Shown piece by piece: positions 34,669 to 44,989 of a DNA stretch of 64,000 nt. The position numbers and the translations under genes were made by a program. A model generated the notes under the pieces. The model worked only from the letters and a program-made list of their open reading frames with translations. It was not told the origin of the DNA and searched no databases. The stretch is from assembly GCA_965230995.1 (NCBI GenBank), contig OZ246398.1:211768-275767 (forward strand), given 5' to 3'. This DNA comes from an uncultured Candidatus Saccharibacteria bacterium. Lineage in GTDB: Bacteria > Patescibacteriota > Minisyncoccia > Phycocordibacterales > G965230995. Position 1 is the stretch's first letter; every line of letters begins with the position of its first letter.

Positions 34669-36987
34669 ATGGAAAAAACAAAAGCAAAAAACATTTATCC
34701 AATTGTCGGTATGCATTGCGCCTCTTGCGCCGGCATTATCGAAGAAACTTTAAAAGAGGAAAAAGGGGTGAGCGGTGTTTCGGTAAACTTTGGCACTGAA
34801 AAAGCTGTTATTGTTTTTGATGAAAAACAAACAAATATAAAAACTCTTTCAAAGAGTATAGAAAAATTAGGCTATACAATTACTGACACAAAAGAAAATC
34901 TTTCTGCATCGGAAATGGGAATGAGTGAAGAACTCCATAGGGAACACAGCGGTATCGGACAATCAAAAGAACAAAAACTCGAAGAACTTTCTTCTATGAA
35001 AAAGATGCTTTTTTCTGCTATACCAATTGCAATATTTAGTGTCATTGTAATGGTTTGGGAAATATCATCAGAGTATGGTTTCTTACCAAAAATGAATGAA
35101 GTAACAGATGAATTTGTTCATCACCTTTTGCCTATGTTTGCTACATACATGCTTCTTGTGGTTGGTAAACCTTATCTTTTGGGGTTGTTTAGATTCATAA
35201 AATACGGCAAGGCAAATATGGATACTTTGATTGGGCTCGGCACTAGCGTTGCTTTTATTTACAGCTTTGCGATTTCGGCCTTTGGTACTTTGCTTGCGCC
35301 ATATATCAATGTTGAATATCAATACTACGACGTCACCGTCGTTGTTATTGCTTTTATTACTCTTGGAAAATATTTGGAAGCAAGATCAAAAATCAAAACA
35401 GGTGACGCAATAGAAAAATTATTAGGTCTACAAGTAAAAACTGCAATTGTCATTCGCGATGGAAAAGAAACAGAATTACCAGTCAGTGAAGTCGTGCATG
35501 GTGACAGTGTAATCATCAAACCAGGAGGAAAGATTCCCGTTGACGGAATCGTGCTTTCCGGGAATTCTTTTGTGGATGAATCAATGATTACGGGCGAACC
35601 AATGCCAGTCTCAAAAAAGCAAGGCGACAATGTGACTGCCGGAACTCTAAACACAAACGGCACTTTCACTTTTAAAGCAACGAAAATAGGGGAAGAAACA
35701 TTGCTTGCGGAAATAATCAGAATGGTAGAGGAAGCACAAGGAAGCAAAGCTCCAATTCAAGCCTTGGCCGACAAAATATCAAGTATTTTTGTGCCAATAG
35801 TTTTGGCAATCGCTGTTGTTGCTCTGGGTTCGTGGCTAATTATCGGTTCACAATATCTGGGTTTTTCACAAGCGCTTTCTTTTGGGCTAGTTTCTTTTGT
35901 CGGTGTTTTGGTTATTGCTTGTCCTTGTGCACTAGGACTTGCAACACCCACAGCAATTATTGTCGGTGTAGGCAAGGGCGCTCGCGAAGGAATTTTAATC
36001 AAGGACGCTGGGACTTTGGAGACTTTGCACAAAGTTAATACTGTAGTGGTTGATAAAACAGGGACAATAACTGAAGGTAAACCAACATTGTCTGATGTTA
36101 AAAATTATTCCGAAAAAAGCGATGAGGAATTTATCTCTCTGCTTGCATCTCTTGAAAATAATTCAGAACACCCCATTGCTCGCGCGATAACCTCTACTGT
36201 AAACGAGAGGAAGGGAATTGCTTTGAGTGAGGTCGCAGATTTCAAAGCAATTGAAGGTAAGGGAATACAGGGTTTTATAAAAAATGAAATGTATTATGCC
36301 GGTAGTCCAAAATTTATTTTAGAGCTCGGGTTATCTATTAATGAACAAGAAATAAACATATTTACAAAGCAAGGCAAAACGCCAGCGTTGCTTGCAACAA
36401 AAAACAAAGTATTAGGACTTGTGACGGTTTCCGATAAAATAAAAGACGCTTCAAAGCAAGCTGTCTCTGATTTGCACAAACTCGGTATAAAAGTCGTGAT
36501 GCTCACCGGTGACAATGAAAAAACCGCGCGATACATAGCAGAGCAAGTCGGTATAGATAATGTAATTGCAAATGTTATGCCGACAGAAAAACTTTTTCAT
36601 ATAGAAAAATTACAATCAGATGGCAGTGTTGTGGCTATGGCAGGGGATGGAGTAAACGACGCACCAGCACTAGCAAAAGCAGATGTCGGTATCGCAATGG
36701 GAACGGGGACAGATGTTGCAATAGAATCAGCAGGTATTACTTTACTTGCTGGTGATATTTCAAAATTAGTTAAAGCCGTGAGACTCTCAAAGATGACAAT
36801 GCGAGGAATAAAACAAAATTTATTCTGGGCTTTTGCGTATAACGTAATAGGAATACCTCTTGCAACAGGAATCTTTTATCCGATATTTGGCTGGGTGCTC
36901 AGCCCTGTATTCGCAGGTTTTGCAATGGCACTTTCAAGTGTGTCAGTAGTCGGCAATTCGTTAAGAATAAAAGGGAAGAGATTATAA
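34669..36987 (+). CDS. copA: Copper-translocating P-type ATPase
   Basis: N-terminal [15 protein letters not shown] ion-channel motif, DKTGTIT phosphorylation site, GDGVNDAP. Confidence 0.9.
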   Translation: MEKTKAKNIYPIVGMHCASCAGIIEETLKEEKGVSGVSVNFGTEKAVIVFDEKQTNIKTLSKSIEKLGYTITDTKENLSASEMGMSEELHREHSGIGQSKEQKLEELSSMKKMLFSAIPIAIFSVIVMVWEISSEYGFLPKMNEVTDEFVHHLLPMFATYMLLVVGKPYLLGLFRFIKYGKANMDTLIGLGTSVAFIYSFAISAFGTLLAPYINVEYQYYDVTVVVIAFITLGKYLEARSKIKTGDAIEKLLGLQVKTAIVIRDGKETELPVSEVVHGDSVIIKPGGKIPVDGIVLSGNSFVDESMITGEPMPVSKKQGDNVTAGTLNTNGTFTFKATKIGEETLLAEIIRMVEEAQGSKAPIQALADKISSIFVPIVLAIAVVALGSWLIIGSQYLGFSQALSFGLVSFVGVLVIACPCALGLATPTAIIVGVGKGAREGILIKDAGTLETLHKVNTVVVDKTGTITEGKPTLSDVKNYSEKSDEEFISLLASLENNSEHPIARAITSTVNERKGIALSEVADFKAIEGKGIQGFIKNEMYYAGSPKFILELGLSINEQEINIFTKQGKTPALLATKNKVLGLVTVSDKIKDASKQAVSDLHKLGIKVVMLTGDNEKTARYIAEQVGIDNVIANVMPTEKLFHIEKLQSDGSVVAMAGDGVNDAPALAKADVGIAMGTGTDVAIESAGITLLAGDISKLVKAVRLSKMTMRGIKQNLFWAFAYNVIGIPLATGIFYPIFGWVLSPVFAGFAMALSSVSVVGNSLRIKGKRL

Positions 36988-36989
36988 TT

Positions 36990-37018
36990 TTGACTTGATA
37001 CCCCACGGGGGTATAGAA
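36990..37018 (+). promoter_or_regulatory. Promoter TTGACT-17-TAGAAT with CsoR-type palindrome ATACCCCACGGGGGTAT in the spacer
   Basis: Read directly from the sequence. Confidence 0.5.
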
Positions 37019-37019
37019 T

Positions 37020-38075
37020 ATGAATATGACACAAAAAGTAGAGAATAGTGGTAACCAAACAAAAAAATATCTTTTTCACGTAGAAGGAATGCATTGTAAA
37101 TCTTGCGTCCTTCTCACAGAATCAAAAGTTGGTAGTCAAAGTGGTGTAAGGGAAGTGCGCGCCAATCTCCACAAGCAAACAATAGAAATAATGGGTGATT
37201 TTGGAGAAAAGACAGATTTAGAAATTGCTAATTATCTTTCACAAAGCATAGAGCCAAACGGCTACAAAATTGTTCTAGAAAAAACAGAGGGACAAAAAAA
37301 GAACAATGAATTTATTATTGCAGTACCAATTGCGGTTGCTTTTATTGGACTATTTATCGCTCTTCAGAAAATGGGGATTGTTAATCTTGTGGATGCAAGT
37401 TCAGTTTCTTTTGGTACTGCTTTTGTAATAGGAATTGTTGCTTCACTTTCTACTTGCATGGCTGTCGTTGGCGGTCTTGTTTTGTCTATGTCGGCAGTGT
37501 TTGCAAAGGAGGGAAGTAAGGCCCGCCCACATATTTATTTTCATCTATCTAGGCTGGTCACTTTCTTTTTGCTTGGTGGCGTGATCGGTCTTGTTGGTAA
37601 ATCATTTGCCCTTAATACGGTTTCTACTTTTGTCCTTGGTTTGGCTGTGGGATTGGTTATACTTGTTATGGGTCTCAACTTGCTCGACCTTAAATTTGCA
37701 AAAAGATTTTCCGTCAGTATGCCAAAGAGATTAGGAAAGATTACACACGGTATGACAACCATAAACCATTCTGCTGTGCTAATGATTGCTGGACTTGCGA
37801 CTTTCTTTTTGCCTTGCGGGTTTACACAGTCAATGCAAATCTATACTCTTTCTGTTGGTGGTTTTATCCCCGGCGCTTTGACTATGTTTGCTTTTGCTCT
37901 TGGTACATTGCCAGTTTTGGCTCTGATAAGTTTTGGATCATTTGAGGTGAGAAAATTATCTTGGCGAGGAATATTTTTCAAGACTGCTGGCATAATAGTT
38001 ATCGCTTTCGCATTGTTCAATATTATAAACAGTGCTGTTGTAATCGGCATCATCCCGCCAATATTTAATTTTTAA
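37020..38075 (+). CDS. HMA-domain membrane protein, putative metal transporter or thiol-disulfide transporter-like (DsbD/CcdA-like TM core)
   Basis: N-terminal HMA GMHCKSC. About six TM helices with conserved Cys (STCMAV, FLPCGF). Confidence 0.4.
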   Translation: MNMTQKVENSGNQTKKYLFHVEGMHCKSCVLLTESKVGSQSGVREVRANLHKQTIEIMGDFGEKTDLEIANYLSQSIEPNGYKIVLEKTEGQKKNNEFIIAVPIAVAFIGLFIALQKMGIVNLVDASSVSFGTAFVIGIVASLSTCMAVVGGLVLSMSAVFAKEGSKARPHIYFHLSRLVTFFLLGGVIGLVGKSFALNTVSTFVLGLAVGLVILVMGLNLLDLKFAKRFSVSMPKRLGKITHGMTTINHSAVLMIAGLATFFLPCGFTQSMQIYTLSVGGFIPGALTMFAFALGTLPVLALISFGSFEVRKLSWRGIFFKTAGIIVIAFALFNIINSAVVIGIIPPIFNF

Positions 38076-38078
38076 AAT

Positions 38079-38462
38079 ATGAAATTAACAATCATAGCAA
38101 TTGTGTCTTCTGTTGTTCTTGTTGTTTTTTCGATTTTAGTTTCTTCTCCTTCTGTAAGAGAAAATGAACAGAGCATAAACAATGTTTCTGTTGTAGATGG
38201 GGTGCAGGTTGTTTTAATAAAAGCAAAAGGTGGATATTTTCCTAAAAGAAGCATAGCGAAAGCAGGTACTCCGACGATTATTAAATTCGATACAAAGGGA
38301 ACGTTCGATTGTTCCAGTTCTGTCCGTATTCCAAGTATGGATATAAGCAGGGTCTTACCATCTACTGGCAAAACAGAAATTAACATTGGAAGCCAAGAAA
38401 AAGGAATTTTGCGTGGTTCTTGTGGTATGGGTATGTATCCATTTGAAATTGTTTTTGAATAG
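38079..38462 (+). CDS. Small secreted or anchored Met- and Cys-containing putative copper-binding (cupredoxin-like) protein
   Basis: Signal/TM at the N-terminus. C...SCGMGMYP motif. Fourth gene of the copper regulon. Confidence 0.3.
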   Translation: MKLTIIAIVSSVVLVVFSILVSSPSVRENEQSINNVSVVDGVQVVLIKAKGGYFPKRSIAKAGTPTIIKFDTKGTFDCSSSVRIPSMDISRVLPSTGKTEINIGSQEKGILRGSCGMGMYPFEIVFE

Positions 38463-38474
38463 GGGATAGCTGTA

Positions 38475-38504
38475 TTGACTGGTGAACGTTCGTTCACTTA
38501 TAAT
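38475..38504 (+). promoter_or_regulatory. lexA promoter TTGACT-17/18-TATAAT with a Gram-positive-type SOS (Cheo) box GAAC-N4-GTTC in the spacer
   Basis: tgtaTTGACTggtGAACgttcGTTCacTTATAATaaa. Palindrome GTGAACGTTCGTTCAC. Confidence 0.6.
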
Positions 38505-38525
38505 AAAGGCATAAGAAATGTCTTT

Positions 38526-39101
38526 ATGGAAAAGAATTTTCAAAAAATAGAAAAAAAGATAAGAGATTTTTATGAGTCTTTTCAGAGGATGCCTTCTTTT
38601 TCAGAATTGGGACAAATTACAGGTTTGCGTTCCAAAAATTCTGTATCTAGATTGGTCAGCAGATTAACCAAAGACGGTTTTATTAAAAAAGATAAAAAAG
38701 GAAAAATAATTCCAAATGAAAATTGGAACGGTATTAGAATGTTCGGTTTGGTAGAAGCGGGTTTTCCTTCGCCTGCTGACGAAGATCAAAGCGATGTAAT
38801 ATCTCTGGATGACTTTCTAATCGAAGATAAAGATTCTAGTTTTATTTTAAAAGTGAAAGGCGATTCTATGATAGAAGCCGGAATTCACGACGGCGATCTT
38901 GTTATCGCTCAAAGGGGTAGAGAAGCAAAAATCGGCGATATCGTCGTAGCAGATGTCGATGGCGGATGGACGATGAAATACCTACGCAAAAAATCTGGCA
39001 AATTATATTTAGAACCAGCAAATAAAAATTACAGAGATATTTATCCAGAAGGGGAACTGTGTATTGGTGCTGTGGTCAAAGCCGTCGTAAGAAAATATTA
39101 A
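38526..39101 (+). CDS. lexA: LexA repressor (S24 peptidase family)
   Basis: HTH N-domain. A cleavage-site-like region (VEAGFPS). Catalytic VKGDSM Ser and a Lys in RKKSGKLYLEP. Start moved to the Met downstream of the promoter. Confidence 0.8.
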   Translation: MEKNFQKIEKKIRDFYESFQRMPSFSELGQITGLRSKNSVSRLVSRLTKDGFIKKDKKGKIIPNENWNGIRMFGLVEAGFPSPADEDQSDVISLDDFLIEDKDSSFILKVKGDSMIEAGIHDGDLVIAQRGREAKIGDIVVADVDGGWTMKYLRKKSGKLYLEPANKNYRDIYPEGELCIGAVVKAVVRKY

Positions 39102-39102
39102 T

Positions 39103-40338
39103 ATGAAAGCAATTATACATATGGATGCGGATAGTTTTTTTGCTTCTTGCGAAATATCTCGTAATCCAAAATACAAAAATAAACCAGTCGTTGTCGGTGG
39201 TTCTGATCGTGGCATTGCTGTTGCCATCAGTATCGAAGCAAAAAAGAGAGGTCTGTTTCGTGGTATGACAATGAGAGATATGCGTTCTGTTTGCCCGGAT
39301 GTAATTGCTCTACCTGTTGATTTACGGCTGTATGGTCTGTATTCGGATTCTATGATGAATATTGTTCAAAAATATGTTGGAAAAATAGAAAGATACAGTA
39401 TCGATGAATGTTTTGCTGAAATTAAAGTGACTTGTTTGGAAGAAGCCGAAAACATTGCAAAGGTTATAAAAGAAGAAATAAAACAAAAATTAGCAATCAC
39501 TGTTTCGATAGGAATTTCAACTACAAAAGTTTTAGCAAAGATCGCATCAAAGAGAAATAAACCAGACGGCATTTTTGTGTTACCTCCAAAAGGTTCTGTC
39601 GCAGAAACGGTTTTTAGTGACACTTCTGTAGGCAAAGTCTGGGGGATCGGAGGAAAGACAGCTTTGTTCCTTTCATCAAAAGGAATTACGACAATAAAAC
39701 AATTTGTTTCTTTGGATCCATTATTTGTTTCTTCTAATTTTTCTAAACCTCTAAGAGAAATATGGTCTGAATTATCAGGTATATCGGTAATGTGCGTTGA
39801 CGAAGAAAATGTAAAACAAAAAAGCATACAGAAGACCAGAACTTTTAAGCCATCCTCGTCAGATTTGTCTGTAATAAAAACAGAACTTTCACAAAACATA
39901 GAGAGAGCCTTTGCAAAGGCAAGAGGTGTCGGTGTTTCTCCGCGGGTAATGCATATAATGTTAAAGACATCAGAATTCAAATATTTTCGAGAGACAATTA
40001 ATTTTAGTAAAGATTTGATTAACGAAGCTGTTGCTCACAAAGAAGGGGCAGAGGCTTGCGAACGTCTTTGGCAAAAAGGTTTGCTCTATCGAGCAACAGG
40101 GGTGACTTTGTCAGATTTACATCCAATAGGGCTCCAGGTAGATTTGTTTAGCGATAATGCACAAAATAGCAGATTGATTTCAATGATGAATGTGATTGAT
40201 CATGTTTCTGCAAAGTACGGAAAAAAATTAGTTAAATTCGGAACAAGTGTCATAAAAAACCGTCAGTATTTTTATGCCAACCAAAGAGAGGTAGACATAA
40301 AAAGATTAGGGCTCCCTTTTTTAGGCGAAGTCGTTTGA
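39103..40338 (+). CDS. dinB: DNA polymerase IV (Y-family, DinB)
   Basis: MKAIIHMDADSFFASCEI start. Y-family palm, fingers and little-finger layout. Directly downstream of lexA. Confidence 0.85.
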   Translation: MKAIIHMDADSFFASCEISRNPKYKNKPVVVGGSDRGIAVAISIEAKKRGLFRGMTMRDMRSVCPDVIALPVDLRLYGLYSDSMMNIVQKYVGKIERYSIDECFAEIKVTCLEEAENIAKVIKEEIKQKLAITVSIGISTTKVLAKIASKRNKPDGIFVLPPKGSVAETVFSDTSVGKVWGIGGKTALFLSSKGITTIKQFVSLDPLFVSSNFSKPLREIWSELSGISVMCVDEENVKQKSIQKTRTFKPSSSDLSVIKTELSQNIERAFAKARGVGVSPRVMHIMLKTSEFKYFRETINFSKDLINEAVAHKEGAEACERLWQKGLLYRATGVTLSDLHPIGLQVDLFSDNAQNSRLISMMNVIDHVSAKYGKKLVKFGTSVIKNRQYFYANQREVDIKRLGLPFLGEVV

Positions 40339-40409
40339 TGTTTGGTCTTTTGTAATTCACATATTATTTTAAAAAAACATTTTGCATATTTTCTTCGTGG
40401 TATAATAAA

Positions 40410-41729
40410 TTGCAAATGGACGACAAAAGCATTCCAATTCCGCCAGCGGGAAATACAAATACAAATATGGCGGACGATCAAAATAACAGTGCACCCAAAA
40501 AGGTATCTGATGAATTTGATTTGTCCTTGATAAAAACCCCTTTTTCACAAAAAGGTGAAATTTCTGGTGAATTTGTCACAAAAGGCAAAGATTTGATATC
40601 GAGAATAGACTCAGGAATTTATGGTGTAGCAAAACCAGAGGCGGCTCCACAGGAAAAAAACGACATAGCAGAACTAGAGGAACCTACCGATAGTTTGCCA
40701 CCCGCCCCAATTTCTAACAAAACACAATCTACTGCAGAAGACGAAGAAGATGCTATTGATTTAGACAAAAACGATCCTTTATTTGTTCTTCCAAAAGTAA
40801 AAAGTGTTCAACCAGAAGAAACTCCAGTTTCAGATCCGTTACCGAAAATAGAAAAACAATTCATACCAGTTGTAAAAGAAGCTGATGATATTAAAGCCGG
40901 TGTAGAATTTGTCCGTGATACAGAAGCCGTCAGAAGGGAATTGGACGATTTGCGAGCAGAAACAGAAAGACTATCCATAAAAAAGAGAAGTCTTCAATCA
41001 GAATTGTATTCTTTACGTGAGAGAAAACAAGAAGTAGAGAGAAACAGAATAGATCTAGAAAAACGTGAAGTAGAAATCGAACAGAGAGAAAAAGAAATTG
41101 AAACAAAGATAAGAGAAACCCTCACAGATGAAGAAAGAAAAAATCTAGAACAAAAGAGATGGGGGCTTGAAGAAGAAAGACAAAGAATAGAAAACGAAAG
41201 ATGGCAGTATGATCAGGTTGTTGGTCAAATCGAATCAGACATTGCCGGAGTGGATGCCGAATTTGCTTCTCAGGGTGAATTGTTGCAAAAAATAACATCC
41301 AACCAGAGAAAGCTCGAGCTTGAAATGAAAAAGATCGATATGGCAAGGAGAAAGAGAGAGATAGAAGAACAGGTTGCCCAGATCGAGGTATTACGTGAAA
41401 AAGTCACAGACAAACAGAAAGAGCTTCGCGACGAGGAAAGAAAACTTCACGATTCTCTGGATATGAACGAAGCAAGAGAAAGAGCTTTGGTTTTGCAAAT
41501 AAAAACCGCCGAAGAAAACGAGCACAGGGCAGAAGATTCCGCAAAAAGACATGAATTTGAAAAACAAAGATGGCAGATGGAAAAAGACAGAAGAGTAGCC
41601 CAAGATTTAGTTTGGAAAATTCAGTCAGATATAAAAATGGTTGAACAAAAAAGAATAGATTGGTCGAGACGAGACGAAAAATTTCAAGAAGCAATTAAAA
41701 AACTTAAGAGCGAGATAATCTCGCTATAA
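40410..41729 (+). CDS. Hypothetical protein with a long E/R/K-rich coiled coil
   Basis: About 250 aa of heptad-like charged repeats. Confidence 0.4.
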   Translation: MQMDDKSIPIPPAGNTNTNMADDQNNSAPKKVSDEFDLSLIKTPFSQKGEISGEFVTKGKDLISRIDSGIYGVAKPEAAPQEKNDIAELEEPTDSLPPAPISNKTQSTAEDEEDAIDLDKNDPLFVLPKVKSVQPEETPVSDPLPKIEKQFIPVVKEADDIKAGVEFVRDTEAVRRELDDLRAETERLSIKKRSLQSELYSLRERKQEVERNRIDLEKREVEIEQREKEIETKIRETLTDEERKNLEQKRWGLEEERQRIENERWQYDQVVGQIESDIAGVDAEFASQGELLQKITSNQRKLELEMKKIDMARRKREIEEQVAQIEVLREKVTDKQKELRDEERKLHDSLDMNEARERALVLQIKTAEENEHRAEDSAKRHEFEKQRWQMEKDRRVAQDLVWKIQSDIKMVEQKRIDWSRRDEKFQEAIKKLKSEIISL

Positions 41730-41730
41730 A

Positions 41731-41961
41731 ATGGGTTTAGTAGATAGACTAAAAAAAATTAGAGAAGACGAAAAATATAATCCAATACTAGCGGTATTGT
41801 TCTTTGTTTCTGTCTTAACATTTATAGGAATAAACCTAGAACATTTTCCAGAGAAGGATTTTAATTTACGTCCGTTTGTGGATGCTACAGCCACAACTTT
41901 TTTGACAGTTCGAGATTTAGCAGGGGAGTCTTTTGGCTTAAACCAAACTCGAAACTTTTAA
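41731..41961 (+). CDS. Small hypothetical membrane protein
   Basis: One TM helix. Start adjacent to the preceding ORF. Confidence 0.25.
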   Translation: MGLVDRLKKIREDEKYNPILAVLFFVSVLTFIGINLEHFPEKDFNLRPFVDATATTFLTVRDLAGESFGLNQTRNF

Positions 41962-42223
41962 AATCTTTACACTTGCTTTTTTTGGTGTCAGAGCGGGTTC
42001 TAAAAAGTTTTTTTGAAAGCCCCGTTTGGCGTTCTTTTGCCATGCAATATTTTTTAAAAAAGAAAAGGGTGTTTTTTTGAGTTATCCACAGAGTATTTAT
42101 CGGACATAAGGGGTACAATAATTACAACAGTAGGGGTTCAAAGAACATTAGAAAGGTTCGAGATAATCTTCAAAAAACGAAGATTTTTTTGTCCCCCAAA
42201 TTACAAGAAAAAAGAATACAAAT

Positions 42224-44956
42224 ATGGATATAACAATAACAAAGAGAGATGGGACGAAAGAATCTTTCAATGCTGACAGAATCAATCGTTCTATCGAGAG
42301 AGCTTGCGCTGGTCTTCCAGATAGCGTAAGCAAAGTTACCCAGGTTGCAACAGAGACAAGGCTAACCTTGTATAACGGAATTACAACAGAAGAATTAGAT
42401 CAGGCCACAATCAGTGCTGCTTTGCAAAATGTTAAAGATGATCCAGATTACGATATTGTCGCCACAAGACTTCTCCTCAAAACAATTTACAAAGCTGTTC
42501 TCGGTGATTACGACGAAGACAATCGCGAAGAATTACGAAGACTACATCGTGATATGTTCGTGTCTTATGTCCGAAAGGGAATCGAAGAAGGGCTTTTGGA
42601 CAAAAGAATGATGGATCTATTTAATGTTGGTGAACTTTCTATGGCCCTAGAAATTGATAGAGATGAAATATTTACATACGCCGGGCTATCTACTTTAGTC
42701 GACAGATACACAATAAAAGGAAAAAACGGAAAGGCAATCGAAACACCACAGTTTTCTTTTATGAGAATTGCAATGGGGCTTGCATACAACGAAGACAATC
42801 CAACATTGTGGGCAAAAAAGTTTTACGAAAAAATGTCGAAATTGGAATATGTGGCCGGAGGTTCGACAAATATTGGCGCAGGAACATCTAGACCCGCTCT
42901 TTCAAACTGTTTTCTTCTTGAAATTCACGATGATATAGAGCACATTGCAAAATCTGTTTCTGATGTAATTAAAATATCAAAAGCTACAGGGGGAATTGGT
43001 GCTTCGATTACAAAGCTAAGAGCGACAGGTTCTCCGCTTTCGTCAAACAATACGACTTCTTCTGGACCGACACCTTTTGCAAAAATAATCGACACAGCTA
43101 TTAGGGCAATTGCAAGAGCCGGAAAGAAAAAAGGTGCACTCGCTTTCTATATGGAAAACTGGCATATAGATTTTCCAGAATTTTTGGAATGGAAGCATAA
43201 TGCCGGTGATGACTATGTCAGAATGAGAACTGCAAACACCGCAGCCTATCTTTCTGATGAATTTATGAAGAGGGTAGAGAGTGATGATTCTTGGTATATG
43301 TTTGATCCAAAAGAGACCCCAGATCTAAATGAATTGTACGGAAAACAATTTAGCGAAAGATACGCTTTTTATATTGCCAAAGCAGAAAGGGGAGAAATGA
43401 GAATATTTAAAAAAGTCCCAGCAAGAGAGCAATGGCGACAAATAATAACCCAGCTTATGGGTACAGCTCATCCTTGGATTACATGGAAAGACGCAATAAA
43501 CTTGCGAGCGCTAAATAACAATACTGGAACCATCCATATGTCTAATCTCTGTACAGAAATTTGTTTGCCACAGGATAAAGATAATATTGCTGTCTGTAAC
43601 CTTGCGTCTCTAAACTTAGTGACTCATCTTGAGGGAAGGGAAATAAACTGGAGAAGACTTGAAGAAAGCATCAGGCTTGCCATCAGGCAGTTGGATAACT
43701 TGATTGATATAAACGAATTGCCAATTCCGGAAGCTATAAAATCTGACAGAGAAAACCGAGCCGTCGGTCTCGGTGTTATGGGTTTTGCGGATACAGTAGA
43801 GAGACTCGGCTTTGCTTACGACAGCGAAGACGCATACAATTTCTGCGATAAAGTTTTTGAATTTTTCAGTTTTGTTGCAATAGACGAGAGTGCAAACCTG
43901 GCACAGACGAGAGGTTCATACAAACACTTTGTAGGTTCTGGTTGGTCAAAAGGAATGGTGCCGGTTGATTCTATAAAAACACTAGAAGATGGCAGGGGAA
44001 GAACAGTACTCGTCTCGAGAACTGGCCAAAACAACAATTTGGATTGGAATGGTTTGCGAGAAAAAGTCAAGAAAGGAATGAGAAATGCAACACTTATGGC
44101 CGTTGCTCCGAATGCCAACATCGGACTTGTTGCAGGTACAACACCAGGGTTTGATCCTCGATTTGCACAAATATTTTCTCGAAACAAAATTTCCGGAAAA
44201 TATCTCGAGGTAAACAGAAATCTTGTAAAAGATTTAAAGACAATTGGTATTTGGGATGATGTAAAAGAAGGTGTTCTAGAATCGCACGGAGATATTATGG
44301 ATATCGAAGGCATACCTTTTGATATAAAGAAAATTTACAAAACTTCTTTCTCGACATCACCATATGCGTATATCGAGGTTGCAGCCAGGGCCCAGAAATG
44401 GATTGATCAATCATTGTCTAGAAATATGTATCTCCGCTCAAGAGACGTTGAAGAAATTATGAATATTTATAAAGCAGCTTGGGACAAAGGCGTGAAGACT
44501 ACATATTATCTACATATGGAACCTAGACACACTGCTGAACAGAGCACGACTTCTGTAAACAAAGCAAAGAAAATTGGAAAGAAGGGTTTTGGTAGTCTTT
44601 CTTTGATGACTCCAGGAGCAGACGATAGGGTAAAATCAGAGCAGCAAGAAATTTCTCGAGGGCCAGCCGTGGCTTCTCCGTGGACGACTCCAAAGACAGA
44701 CGTTGAACCCGTAATTGCAAAAACAAATCAAGTCGTAACACCAGAAGCAAAAGGATTCGGAGCATTTTCATCAGTAAAACAAACTGAGAATCAAATAAAT
44801 CAAAATACCGTTTTGCAGACTGCACCAAAAGTTGGTTTTGGAATCGTTGCAAACCAGACACAAAATGCAGTTAACCCTTCGCCAATATCTCAAAAGAAAG
44901 ATGTCGATGGACCAGTTGATCCAATGGAATTTCTCGTTTGCGATAGTTGTCAATAA
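42224..44956 (+). CDS. nrdA: Ribonucleoside-diphosphate reductase alpha subunit (class I) with an N-terminal ATP-cone
   Basis: ATP-cone start. NLCTEI active site. C-terminal CDSCQ redox pair. An unusual Gly/Phe/Gln-rich low-complexity segment of about 150 aa precedes the C-terminus. Confidence 0.85.
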   Translation: MDITITKRDGTKESFNADRINRSIERACAGLPDSVSKVTQVATETRLTLYNGITTEELDQATISAALQNVKDDPDYDIVATRLLLKTIYKAVLGDYDEDNREELRRLHRDMFVSYVRKGIEEGLLDKRMMDLFNVGELSMALEIDRDEIFTYAGLSTLVDRYTIKGKNGKAIETPQFSFMRIAMGLAYNEDNPTLWAKKFYEKMSKLEYVAGGSTNIGAGTSRPALSNCFLLEIHDDIEHIAKSVSDVIKISKATGGIGASITKLRATGSPLSSNNTTSSGPTPFAKIIDTAIRAIARAGKKKGALAFYMENWHIDFPEFLEWKHNAGDDYVRMRTANTAAYLSDEFMKRVESDDSWYMFDPKETPDLNELYGKQFSERYAFYIAKAERGEMRIFKKVPAREQWRQIITQLMGTAHPWITWKDAINLRALNNNTGTIHMSNLCTEICLPQDKDNIAVCNLASLNLVTHLEGREINWRRLEESIRLAIRQLDNLIDINELPIPEAIKSDRENRAVGLGVMGFADTVERLGFAYDSEDAYNFCDKVFEFFSFVAIDESANLAQTRGSYKHFVGSGWSKGMVPVDSIKTLEDGRGRTVLVSRTGQNNNLDWNGLREKVKKGMRNATLMAVAPNANIGLVAGTTPGFDPRFAQIFSRNKISGKYLEVNRNLVKDLKTIGIWDDVKEGVLESHGDIMDIEGIPFDIKKIYKTSFSTSPYAYIEVAARAQKWIDQSLSRNMYLRSRDVEEIMNIYKAAWDKGVKTTYYLHMEPRHTAEQSTTSVNKAKKIGKKGFGSLSLMTPGADDRVKSEQQEISRGPAVASPWTTPKTDVEPVIAKTNQVVTPEAKGFGAFSSVKQTENQINQNTVLQTAPKVGFGIVANQTQNAVNPSPISQKKDVDGPVDPMEFLVCDSCQ

Positions 44957-44989
44957 TTTTAAAAGTTATTAATTTAATTAAACAAAAAT

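Noticed and set aside
42000-42223. Possible NrdR box upstream of nrdA
   Set aside because: No convincing palindrome of the NrdR type was recognisable in the 260-bp leader. Only AT-rich runs.
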